Shown here in pieces: positions 34,201 through 44,147 of a stretch of 54,013 bases of DNA. The position numbers and the translations under genes are program-made. Numbering within the stretch: the stretch's first letter is position 1; each line of letters opens with the position of its first letter. The DNA comes from Rhizaria sp. SCN 62-66 (Eukaryota): NCBI GenBank assembly GCA_001724265.1, contig MEDY01000194.1:1-54013 (forward strand). Direction: 5' to 3'. Below the pieces are notes generated by a model. The model ran no database searches, was not told the DNA's origin, and worked only from the letters and a program-made list of their open reading frames with translations.

Positions 34201-36807
34201 GGCCGCAGCAGCCGTCGACGCCTGGTGGTCCGCAACCGCACCTTCGTCCAGAAGCGCCGAGAACGCCGTGGGCGTGTCCGCGGCGACTGCCTGCAGCGCG
34301 ACCGGGCGGCGCCACTGCCACTGCTCGCGCACGCTCTGTGCAAGCGCGTGCGCGGGGTCCTGCGCCGCCAGCGCGTCTAGCAGCCCCGCAGCGTGCGCCG
34401 ATGCGCTGCTGTCAGCGCCTCCGCGCGCAACGGCGGCGGCAGCGCTCGCAGAGCCAGCGACTGTGCAGTGGTCGAGCGGTGAGAAGGCGGCGAAGATGCC
34501 CGCGTCCCCACCGGCAGCCTCGTCGGCGCTGCCCGCACCGCCCATACCGCCGCCACTGCCCGCGCCCGCGTCCGCGTCCGCGGCGGCTGCGGCAACGGCG
34601 GCGACGGCGGCGGGCGCGGGCGGGCGCGCCAGGGCCAGCAGCCGCTGCAGCAGCGCGCGGCGTGTTGCGGGGCCCTGGGACCACAGCAGCGGCAGCAGAC
34701 GCGCTGCCCAGTGCAGTGTCGCCGGCGCGCTCGCCAGCAGCAGTGTGTGCGCCTGCAACACGCCCGCGCGCGGCCGCTCACAGTCACCCCCTGCACTTTG
34801 CGACTGTTGCTGCTGCTGTTGCTGTGTGCTGCAGTGGGTGGCGGTGAGCGGCGCGGGGGGCGCGGGCGCCACTGAGGCATGCAGAGGCGCCGGCGCTGGC
34901 ACGGCGCGCGGCTGCAACCACGGCGGGTACAGCCTGCCCGCCGCGCCCTCCAGCGGCCCCGGTACGACGGGCTCTTCCAGTGTGCTAATGGCGTCGACGC
35001 TGCCCGCGGTCGCTGTATTGCACAGAGAAGGCTCCGGCGCGGGCCCCGGCATTGCGGCCATGAGCAACGCCGCGGGGTCTGAGGCGCATACACCGGGAGG
35101 CGGCGGCAACAACCACGTGCCGCGCTGCTGCATCAACGCAGTTGCTGCGCCGGTCATCGCGCTTGTCGCCATGTTCGCCGCCGTGGCAGCCCAAGACAGT
35201 GCGTCGGCGGTCGCGGCGGCGGCGGCGAGTCGAGCGACGAGCTCCAACGCGCCGGTCTGCAGCAGTGGCGTCACAACGCTCACCCCGCCACGCGCAGCCG
35301 CAGCCGCAGACGCTGACGCGGATGCCTTGCTGCCACGGCGTTTTGCACCGTTAGCGCCAGTGGGGAGGATCGACGTGCCGCGCAGCGCAGCTTGGATGCA
35401 CGAGAGGCCAAGCCGTCCACTGAGCAGCGCACGCATGCAGACACGGGTCGCAGCGGCAGCGTGCGCGGGCGCGGCCAGCAGCGCGAGGAGCAGACTGGCG
35501 TCGCTGACTGGGAGCAGCGCGGCGGCGTGCGCGCGCGAGGTCGCCGCGGCCTCAGCCTCGGCCTCAGCCTCAGCTTCCTCGTTGTCGTCGGTGGTGGAAA
35601 AAAATGCGCGGTGTCGGTGCTGCGTGCTGTGGTTGTAAAGGTCATCGCCGTCTGAGTCGTCCTCGTCATCGCTGTCACTGTCGCCCATGCCGCCGCTAAG
35701 TTTGCTGGAGCGGTGTCGAGCGATCGCAGCCGGCGCGGGCGCGGGCACGAACGGCGACGAGTGCCACGCCGCAACATTCGCTGTATTGGCACTGCCGCTG
35801 CTGCGTGCTATGCCGGCGCCGTCGCCAGCGAGTGCGGCGTCGATTGACGTGAGCACGATGACCGCAGTGTATGGATGGCGCGCGACGTGGTCTGCGACGA
35901 CTGCGATCACCAGTGGCAACGCGGAGGGCTGCAGTGAGCGCAAGCGGGCGCGCAAAAGGTAAGCCGCCTCCAAGTCGCTCGCGGCCGGCGCAGAAATACC
36001 CTTGGGCGCGAGCGCCACGTGCTTCTGTGTCTGCGAATTGCTGCCAAGTTGTTGCTGCTGCTGTTGCTGTTGAGTTGGGGGGTGTGAGAGCGCGCAGCGG
36101 AGCAGAGCACGCGTTAGTGGCGCGATATCGTCATCAGGGGCGCGCGGCAGCGAGCGCAGCGCCAGTGCGCGCACGGCGGCGCGCGCGGCGGGAGTGGGCA
36201 AGTCAGCGAGCGCGGCGAGAGCGGGGACGAGCAGCGACGCGTCGAGCGCAAGGGCGGATTCGACTGCGGTGACGGTGAGCGCGGCGGCCGCAGGGGACGC
36301 GGAAGACGAAAGCGGAGGAAGCGCTTCGAGGACCAGCTGCGGGGTGGACACGCGCGGCAGCAGGGAAAGAACTGCGGTGGTGAGTGGCAGTGACGGCGCC
36401 GACCAGAGGGCAAGCGCGCGTAAACCCGACTTAATCTGCGCGCGCCAAGCGAGAGAACAAAAATGTCGATATCTTTGTGAGATAAAAGAAAAAACAAATA
36501 TACATCGCGGTAACAAAATAAAAAATATATTTAAACGTTATCATAACGTGCAGAGTTCTTAAACAGATAATTAGCTGGCGCTGGGTAAACGTACAGCTTT
36601 CGGTGTGTCCTCTTGGGCGATGCTTTCACAGAGGAGCTTCGCGGCAGGCGTTTGCGTGGCGTCAGCTGTAAGATATGGTGGAATCGCGCGGAGCAGGGCA
36701 TCAAATGACTCGGATGCCACCTTCTCCAGCCGTGATATATCAGAATCAGTGAAGGGTTGCGCAAGGGCCTCTTCGCCAGCGCGCAAAGGGCGCGAGTTGA
36801 GGTTCAT
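28285..36807 (-). CDS. Very large Ala-rich protein with an N-terminal FANCD2-like helical region, 2787 aa; exons 36807-36595 and 36435-28285
   Basis: Exon 1 (MNLNSRP..TPKA) splices to IKSGLR. LVLEALPPL..LALDASLLVPALAALADL..VRALALRSLPRAPDDDIAPLTRALL resembles, from memory, the FANCD2 segment SLTVPILDVLSSL..VRQLVMDKL..EDLPVIIKFIL. The ORF is solid and the family call is moderate. Stop TAA. Confidence 0.6.
36436..36594 (-). other. Spliceosomal intron, 159 nt, phase 0
   Basis: AAAGCT|GTACGT ... gcgcgcAG|ATT, very AT-rich interior. Confidence 0.87.
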
Positions 36808-37218
36808 CTCCACCTCAACTCGTCTGAATCAGTCTACAGGAGTCAAGATGGTGAAATCAAGAGTGATAATTAAGATAAAATAACCAAAATCTCATTTACA
36901 GTCTCATATCATAATCTCACAGCAAGCGACGAAAGTTAGAACTTAGATATGTATGGTTGTGATTGGGTCAATGCAAAGAGCAAGAACCGCACAAAGCAGT
37001 GCGGCGATCACTCTCTATGGGCTAAAACCCTAAAACAGCACAAAATGGGTGCAGATGCGCACCAAGAACAAGTACCTTATGCTACTAGGTTAAGAATGCT
37101 GACAAATATACATATTATTTTGCTTTACATCTCGACATATACAACAAACTGAACTCCACGCATCAGCACACCTCATGGTACTTCAAGCGGAAAAATAAAC
37201 AAACATCATATCTACAAG

Positions 37219-37261
<43 letters not shown>

Positions 37262-37280
37262 GCAACACCAACAACAACAA
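37219..37280. repeat. (AAC)n microsatellite, 14 perfect units plus a degenerate tail
   Basis: AAC x14 at 37219-37260, then AGC AAC ACC AAC AAC AAC. Intergenic, downstream of the CBS gene. Confidence 0.95.
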
Positions 37281-37471
37281 ACTCATCGTGACGAAACAAA
37301 AACTCTAACAGATCTCAAGAAAATTACAAGATACCAGCTGGAGCTGACCCCATGAACTCATCAGTACACTCGTAAGTAGTACTAATAATCATAATCACCT
37401 TATCACCCTCATCTCATCGAATGGTCTTTGCACAGAAACAACTGCGTGGCAGCGCGCACGCGCTGCGTCGC

Positions 37472-40116
37472 TTAATGGCCCGACGCAAGGCGCGCAATGT
37501 CCGCGAGCGCAACGACGCGCATGGGCACATTATCCTCATCGACCAGGAAGGCCCTGTTCGTGCCGGCCTGCGCCAGCGCCTGCAGCACCTCCAGCACGGT
37601 CGAGCCCTCGGGCAGCGTGCTCGCCGTGACGTCGCCGTCCGCGGCGGCCATCGCGGCGGGGGCGGGCGCGCCCGCGGCGGCGGCGGCGGCGGTGCGCGCG
37701 GCCGTGAGATAATCGAGGACGGGCATCGACAGCGCCATGCGGCCCTTGTCAAGCGCGAAACGCTTCATGTCGCGCGAGGATGTGGAGGCGACGAAGCGCC
37801 CGTCGTCGTCGACGATGGCAAGCCCGGACAGGCGGACCTCGTCCATACGCTGGAAGGCGTCGAGCGCGGTCTGCGACGTCGACACGGTGATGACATCGCG
37901 GGATCCCAGGTCCATGTCGGCGACGCGCACGTTGAGCATCTCCGCAAACTCGCTCTGTGTCGCCGCGTTGGCGAGCAGGAAGCGGATCAACGCCGCCTGC
38001 GAAATGATGTCCACCACGGTGCCGTCGGCGGCGACGACGGGGACGCGGTGGGACCCACGCGCGAGCAGCTCGGCGACCTCGAGCAGCGACGACGACATGC
38101 GGACCGCGCGGAACGGGTTGCGGCGAGAGAGGTACGTCACGCTGATCGCGCCGCCCGCGGCCGCGCTGTTGACGTTGCCGCCCGCGACCGCCCCCGCCTG
38201 CGAACTATTAGCGGGCGACTTGGGCAGGAAGCGCGAGATGCCAGCGCCAACCGCGGCCTCCCATTGGTTGTGGGTGTGCCCAGGCGGAGCCCCCATGGCG
38301 ACCCCGAGTCCGTGGCCGTGGCCCAGAGACGGGCTCAAGCGGGGATTCATCCGCGGACTCGCGCGCGGGCTCAGGCGGCCAGCACCGGCGACACCGGCGG
38401 CGGCGGCCGCGGCCGCGGCGGCGGTGGCGGCGGCGGCGGCGGCGCGGGGGGACAGCGAGGCCGGGGACGGGGGGTCGACGCGGCGCGTCTTGGCGCACTG
38501 AGACTGCGCGGGGGACGCGTCGGGCGGCACCGTCAGCGAGTCGCGGCGAGTCCGCGTCGGCGGGGGGCTGTCGAAGAGCGAGAAGAAGGGCGGGCGAGAG
38601 AGCGAAAGTGAGAGGAAGATTTAAAAAGTGAGAGCTTGATACGATGTTGAAGACTAATAAAACAAAAATAATATAGAGAGTAATATGCATTTGAATATAC
38701 AGTTATAAACATATATTAACGAAATGCATGAGATATCTTGCATGTAAAGTGTAAAGAGGCGTACCTGCAGGGGATGTCGATGGCACCGGCAGCGGCGAGC
38801 GCCTCCTCGGCCGCCGCGGCGGCGTCGGCCGTGGGCGCATGCTCGACCGCAGCGACGGCGGCGAGTGCCTTAACGGGCACGGAGAGCGGGGAGTTGCCTG
38901 CCGCGGCCGCCACAGCGCCCAGGGACGGGATGCGCGCCAGCAGGGCCTCGGGGAAGATATCCGAGGCATCCGCGGCTGCGTTCGTACTACCCGCGCTGGT
39001 GTTCGCGCCGGCGGCGGCGTCAGAGGCCGCGGGGTCGAGCGTGGTGGTGACGGTGACGGCGAGCGGCGCCACCGCCTCGCCGCCGTTTCCGTGGCCGTTG
39101 CCGTTAAGAGACTGCGGCGTGATGACTTCGGGGGCGACGGCGGCGTGCGCGCCGCTGTTGTTGGCGCTGCTGCTCTGCGACGAGGGGCCCGAGGGCGACA
39201 GCACGAACGAGGCGGGCTCCTCGCGCATCGCGGCCAGCGGGGCCGGGACGAGCTCCTCATGGCGCTCGAGGGACACGAGCCCGTCGAGCCCGTGCGTGTC
39301 CGCGACGGCGGGGACTTCGGGGCCCTGCGCGGTGAAGACGAGCTCGTCCTCGTTGACGGGCTGCGTGTGGAGCAGGATCACCGAGGAGACGAGGTCGCGC
39401 ACGTCGAGGAAACCCGTGTAGTCCTTGACCAGCGCGTTCGGGTTCGTGCTGCTCGCGGCGCCATCGACCGAGGCGGTGGACGGCGCGGGGGAGAGAGCGC
39501 GGCCGTAGGGGCTCGGGGACAGCGGGGCGGTGGGCACCGGCGCCGGGGACAGCGAACCCGCAATCCCAGTACCGCTGCCGCTGCCGATGCCGCTGCCGAT
39601 GCCGCTGCCAGAGAGCGGGTTAGGGGTCGGAGACAGCGCGCGCGGCAGCTGCGGCGCGCGGCGGGACAGCGGCGACACGGGCGGCAGCGAGAAGACGGCC
39701 GACGTCGTGCGGGTGTGGGACGGAGACCGGGCGAGGCCGGGGGGAAGGTCGCCAGCGCGGCGCAGGGTGTACACGGGCGCGGCCTCGATGTTGTTGTTGA
39801 GGAGGATGTCGAACGCGGCGACGGGGTGCGTCGTGCCTTCGATGTCGATCAGTCTCTCGGACGGGACGGAACGGTCCAGCTCGGCGACCGTGTGCGCCTG
39901 GAGGAGCTGGCGCACGGCGCGGCGGTGCTTGTCGAGCGCCTGCTCGTGCTCCGACGCCGCGCGGTGCAGCGCCTCGCGGTGCGCCGCCAGGTCCTTGAGC
40001 GAGCCGCGGCGGTTCGTCAACGGGCCCGCCGAGGGCGTGGCGAGGTTCGGGGTCGCGCCACCGAGCGACGGACGGCGCGCCATGAGCACGTTCGAGAGAG
40101 AGCTGCGGCGGGACAT
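37472..40116 (-). CDS. CBS-domain protein (AMPK gamma/SNF4-like), 815 aa; exons 40116-38765 and 38567-37472
   Basis: AFDILLNNNIEAAPVY..YTGFLDVRDLV; LLEVAELLARGSHRVPVV..VVDIISQAALIRFL; ALDAFQRMDEVRLSGLAIVDDDGRFV; LEVLQALAQAGTNRAFLVDE..VVALADI. Stop TAA. Confidence 0.85.
38568..38764 (-). other. Spliceosomal intron, 197 nt, phase 2
   Basis: TGCAG|GTACGC ... long polypyrimidine tract ... cgacAG|C. AT-rich core, frame restored. Confidence 0.9.
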
Positions 40117-41127
40117 TTGTGGAGCAATGTAAAGCAGCGCAAGAGTGTGCTTGTGTGTGTGGGTGCGAAGGGTGAGGGCAGGGGCGCGAACGAGCGAACG
40201 AACGAGGGAGCCTTCGAAGAGAGAACGGAAAGCAAACAAGCGAGCAAGCAAGGCTACGATGCAACGCGGCGCGGCGAGGGCGGGGACGCGGCTGTGAGGA
40301 CGCGGAAAGTCGGAAAGGAAAAGCCTTGCAGTGCAGTGAGACAGCAAAGGCAAAAGCAGGAGCGACTGAGGGAAAGGGAAGTCTACAGCAGAAGATAAGG
40401 AACGAGAGCAGAGAGAGAGACGGAGGCAAAAGAATCAGCGATGATGCCATGAGGTGGCGGGGCGGATTTCAAGGCAGACCGAGGGTACAAGTCGGCGTAA
40501 TGAATTATGCAAAGTAGGCTGCAGAGAAAAACAGTAATAACAGTTGGTTTAAGCCGCCTTGTGGGTGTGAAATCTCGTCATAAAGCGGCGTGATCCCAGA
40601 TACCTGGCGCGAGCAAGCTTCAGACCCGAACGATAGCCGCCATCAACGCCCAAAAACAGCATGTGAACACATGTACAAGCACCCTAGAGATCCAAACCCC
40701 ACTTGAAAATGTCCAGATGCATTTCGCAAGGCATTTTCGTCACGCAACAGTCGTAATGAAAATTTTGGTGTGGACCCACTCTCGTCCGCCACCACCACTG
40801 TGTTGGTGACCGTGAGCAAGTTTAGAGCAGTTCCAATCGAACGAACATGGCCTGCTAGTCTGAACCCGGCCGACCCTAAACTGATGCAGTGGGACTCCAG
40901 CTGATCGTCAACTTCTACCGAAATGCGTGAATGCATATTATATTTCACGTTAGTTTTAATAACACTTGTTTTTAATTCAACTCTGCGTGGTTATACCCTT
41001 CTGCGGGACCCACTTGCGAGACGGACTTGAAGGCTCCTGTTTGCTTACGCTCCGCTCACCCTCGCCCTCTCTGCTCTCTCTGTCCTCTTATGACCCTTTT
41101 TTGCCCGCGTGCGCATCCACAGCCCGC

Positions 41128-43461
41128 ATGAGCACCGGCCCGTTGCTCCCTCCCTCGACCAAGGGCGGCTTCTCCAACGACGGCTCCGCCGTCATGGCCG
41201 ACTCGTCCTCGTCCTCCGCCGCCGCCGCCGCCACGGCCACGGACGGCCGCTCGCACGTCCTCACCCACTCTGCGCTCTCGCTCGAGGCCTTCTACGAGGT
41301 CCCGCGCATCATCGCTTTCCTCCGCGCGCGCCGCTCGCGGATCTGCGCACTGCAGTTTCCTGACGACCAGCTCTCCGATGCGGTGCCCCTCACCGACGCA
41401 CTCCGCAAAGCCTGGAACGAAAACAACAACGCAAATGAAACTAACACCGAGAGCAGTAGCAGCGGCATCAGCGCGATTGCTGCGAGCGAGAGTGCGGATC
41501 TCGCGTCCACCACCCCCTGTCCCGCATTTTACATCCTCGGCGACACGAGCTACGCCAGCTGCTGCGTCGATGCCATCGCCGCCGCCCACGTCAAGGCCGA
41601 CGCGCTGGTCCACTTCGGCCTCGCGTGCTTCTCCCCGGCGCCCGAGAGCTTGCCCGTGCTGCACGTCACCGGTGCAGCGCCCGCCTCGGCCGCCGCGCTC
41701 GCCGCCGCCGCCAACGCGCTCGCCTCACAGTCCGCCCTCGCTCCTCTCTTCCCCACCAGCTCCAGCGATGACGCCAATAAGGACAACAACAAGTACTTGC
41801 TTGTGCTGTATGACCAGCGGTTGAGGCGTGCGATCCCCACGCTTGCCGCCGCCGTCGCTGCCAATGGCGTCCGCGTTCACGTGCGCAAGAACAACTGCTG
41901 CAACAACAATAGCACCAGTAACACGTGTATCATGGATACTGAGAGTGCTACGAGCGCGTCCAACACGCCTCACCCGTACACAATCGTCTTTGCAGACATG
42001 CCCGACGATGCCGACGCCAACAGCTGCGGCAACACTCCGAACGCCCCGTGCCCTCACACCGCTAATACCTCTTCGACTGTAACTGTTGCCAAGACTGCTG
42101 CCAAGAAACCCTCTGAGCAGCGTCTGTCGTTCGCAGGCTACTCATGGCCCGCGCTGCCGGCGCCTCCCCGCGCACCGCGCCGCCGCCGCTCCCTCTGGAA
42201 GCGTTGCTTCGCGCCCGGCACCTGGGCCGTGCTCGTGCTCACCCTCCCCGTGGACGACGTCGCTGACGCCGGCGCGCTGCGGGCCGCCGAGTCGGCTGCG
42301 CGCACCGGCGGGTTCGGGGTCCCGCGCGCGCTGGCGGCGGAGACCGCGGGCGCGCTGTCGCCACGGTCCGCGACGCTGCTTGCGCTGACCGTGCTGAACT
42401 TCACTATGCACACGGTTGCGTCGCTCGCAGTCACCAGCGATGCTGAGGCTGAGGCTAATGAGATGAAGACGAGTGCGGGCGATGTCACTCTGGACGATGT
42501 CCTGGCCGCGTCTACCGCTGCTGACGCGCCTGCTGCGGCGGCACCGGTGCGTCTGGAGAGCGGCGCGCGGCCCATCAACGCCACACTGTCGCGTCGCGTG
42601 TACCTCATCGAGAAGGCCAAGAACGCGCACGTGTTCGCGCTCGTCGTATCCGCGGTCTCGGGACGCGCCGCGCCCGCCGCGGTGGCGCGCGCCGAGGCCG
42701 TCATCACCGAGGCCGGGCGCAAGAGCTACACCGTGTGCGTCGGCAAGCTGAACGAGCCGAAACTGCTCAACTTCGCCGAGGTCGAGGTATTTGTCATGGT
42801 AGCGTGCCCTGTGAGTGTGCTGCTGCAGGACCACAGCAATATGAACTCGACCGACGTGGTGACGCCGTTGGAGCTCGAGTTTGCGCTGTGCCCCGACCGG
42901 CCGTGGACGGGGTTTTACTCCACCGACTGTGCGGATGTTGATGAGAAGAGCGGTCGGCTCGGGCGCAAGCTGGTCGGCGAGGCTGAGTATGATCCCGATG
43001 CAGACTATGACGGTAACAGCAGTGGCGATGATAACAACGGCGAAGATGGCGACGGATCTGACTGGGACAGCAGCAGTGAGGACGATGACGGTGAGCAAAA
43101 CGGCGATAGTGAAATTGCTGACGACGACGAGGAATATGATGAGACTGCGCCTCGCTTCTCGGTCGTTGACCAGAAGTTCCACGCTCCGATCACCACCAAG
43201 GCCCAGCGCGCGCGCTCCAACGGCGCCGCCGGCGGCAGCAAGACGACTGAGGACACGACTGCGTACGGCCTGGTCGAAGTTGGCCCCGCGGCGTTGACTG
43301 ACGCTGGCTACAAACCGCACCAGCGTTCTTTCACCGGGCTTGACGCAGCCGCGGACCCTGCGGTGCTGGGGACGGTGATCCGCGCGGGGCTTTTCGGCAC
43401 CGCGGCGGGGTATGTGACGCAGGGCACGCAGGGGACGGCCGAGGGCGCCGACAAAAAGTGA
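41128..43461 (+). CDS. DPH2: Diphthamide biosynthesis protein 2, 777 aa, intronless
   Basis: ICALQFPDDQLSDA, FYILGDTSYASCCVDAIAAAHVKADALVHFGLACFS, GRKSYTVCVGKLNEPKLLNFAEVEVFVMVACP, VVTPLELEFAL and the DPH2-type C-terminal RSFTGLD..GTAAGY. Stop TGA. Confidence 0.9.
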   Translation: MSTGPLLPPSTKGGFSNDGSAVMADSSSSSAAAAATATDGRSHVLTHSALSLEAFYEVPRIIAFLRARRSRICALQFPDDQLSDAVPLTDALRKAWNENNNANETNTESSSSGISAIAASESADLASTTPCPAFYILGDTSYASCCVDAIAAAHVKADALVHFGLACFSPAPESLPVLHVTGAAPASAAALAAAANALASQSALAPLFPTSSSDDANKDNNKYLLVLYDQRLRRAIPTLAAAVAANGVRVHVRKNNCCNNNSTSNTCIMDTESATSASNTPHPYTIVFADMPDDADANSCGNTPNAPCPHTANTSSTVTVAKTAAKKPSEQRLSFAGYSWPALPAPPRAPRRRRSLWKRCFAPGTWAVLVLTLPVDDVADAGALRAAESAARTGGFGVPRALAAETAGALSPRSATLLALTVLNFTMHTVASLAVTSDAEAEANEMKTSAGDVTLDDVLAASTAADAPAAAAPVRLESGARPINATLSRRVYLIEKAKNAHVFALVVSAVSGRAAPAAVARAEAVITEAGRKSYTVCVGKLNEPKLLNFAEVEVFVMVACPVSVLLQDHSNMNSTDVVTPLELEFALCPDRPWTGFYSTDCADVDEKSGRLGRKLVGEAEYDPDADYDGNSSGDDNNGEDGDGSDWDSSSEDDDGEQNGDSEIADDDEEYDETAPRFSVVDQKFHAPITTKAQRARSNGAAGGSKTTEDTTAYGLVEVGPAALTDAGYKPHQRSFTGLDAAADPAVLGTVIRAGLFGTAAGYVTQGTQGTAEGADKK

Positions 43462-44147
43462 AGTGCAGCAGCGAAAGACTACCGTTTCATTCACCAGTAA
43501 GGACTGACAGAACTTGAGAATGACTATTATGTGCGAGCAGGACTCGTCAATAACGCTAGATTGTGGCCAGTATGTTGATTAAATAGTTGTGATGTGAAAT
43601 ACACTAAATTCTAGTGCTTTCTGAGACATATAAATGACTGCTTCGTTTCAGAAGGTGAAATTTAGGACGACCAGTTCTTGTTACACGTATGCATCTTCAG
43701 GGATACATCGTTGTTAACAACAAAATTATCATATTATGCAATGAAACCTAGTTTATTCATCCGCGAAATACGCCATACTTTGTTTTCACTGCCGCAACCC
43801 GACGTTACAAACTTGAAAACTGTGTATTTTGACTTTACGCTGGATTGGTTGCCGACTGGAAAAAATCTCAACTGGGGACTGCTGATGCACGTGCAAGCAG
43901 CCTCGACTTTGATAAAGCAAGCATTCGTTTCTGATCGTCTAAGTGCGATCGCTGCTGTATATAAAAACCTGTTCATAATATTATTTTGTTTCTTCAAATT
44001 GTAAAGCTTCTGCACTTTTTTATTCTCCCATCTGATGAAGCAATTCGCGCCCTCACCAACTGTCAACCACATCCGCCCTTGCCTCGTCCAATCTACAGCC
44101 ACAAGTCACTCTATTGGACACATCAAGCCACACGCGTCACTGATCCC

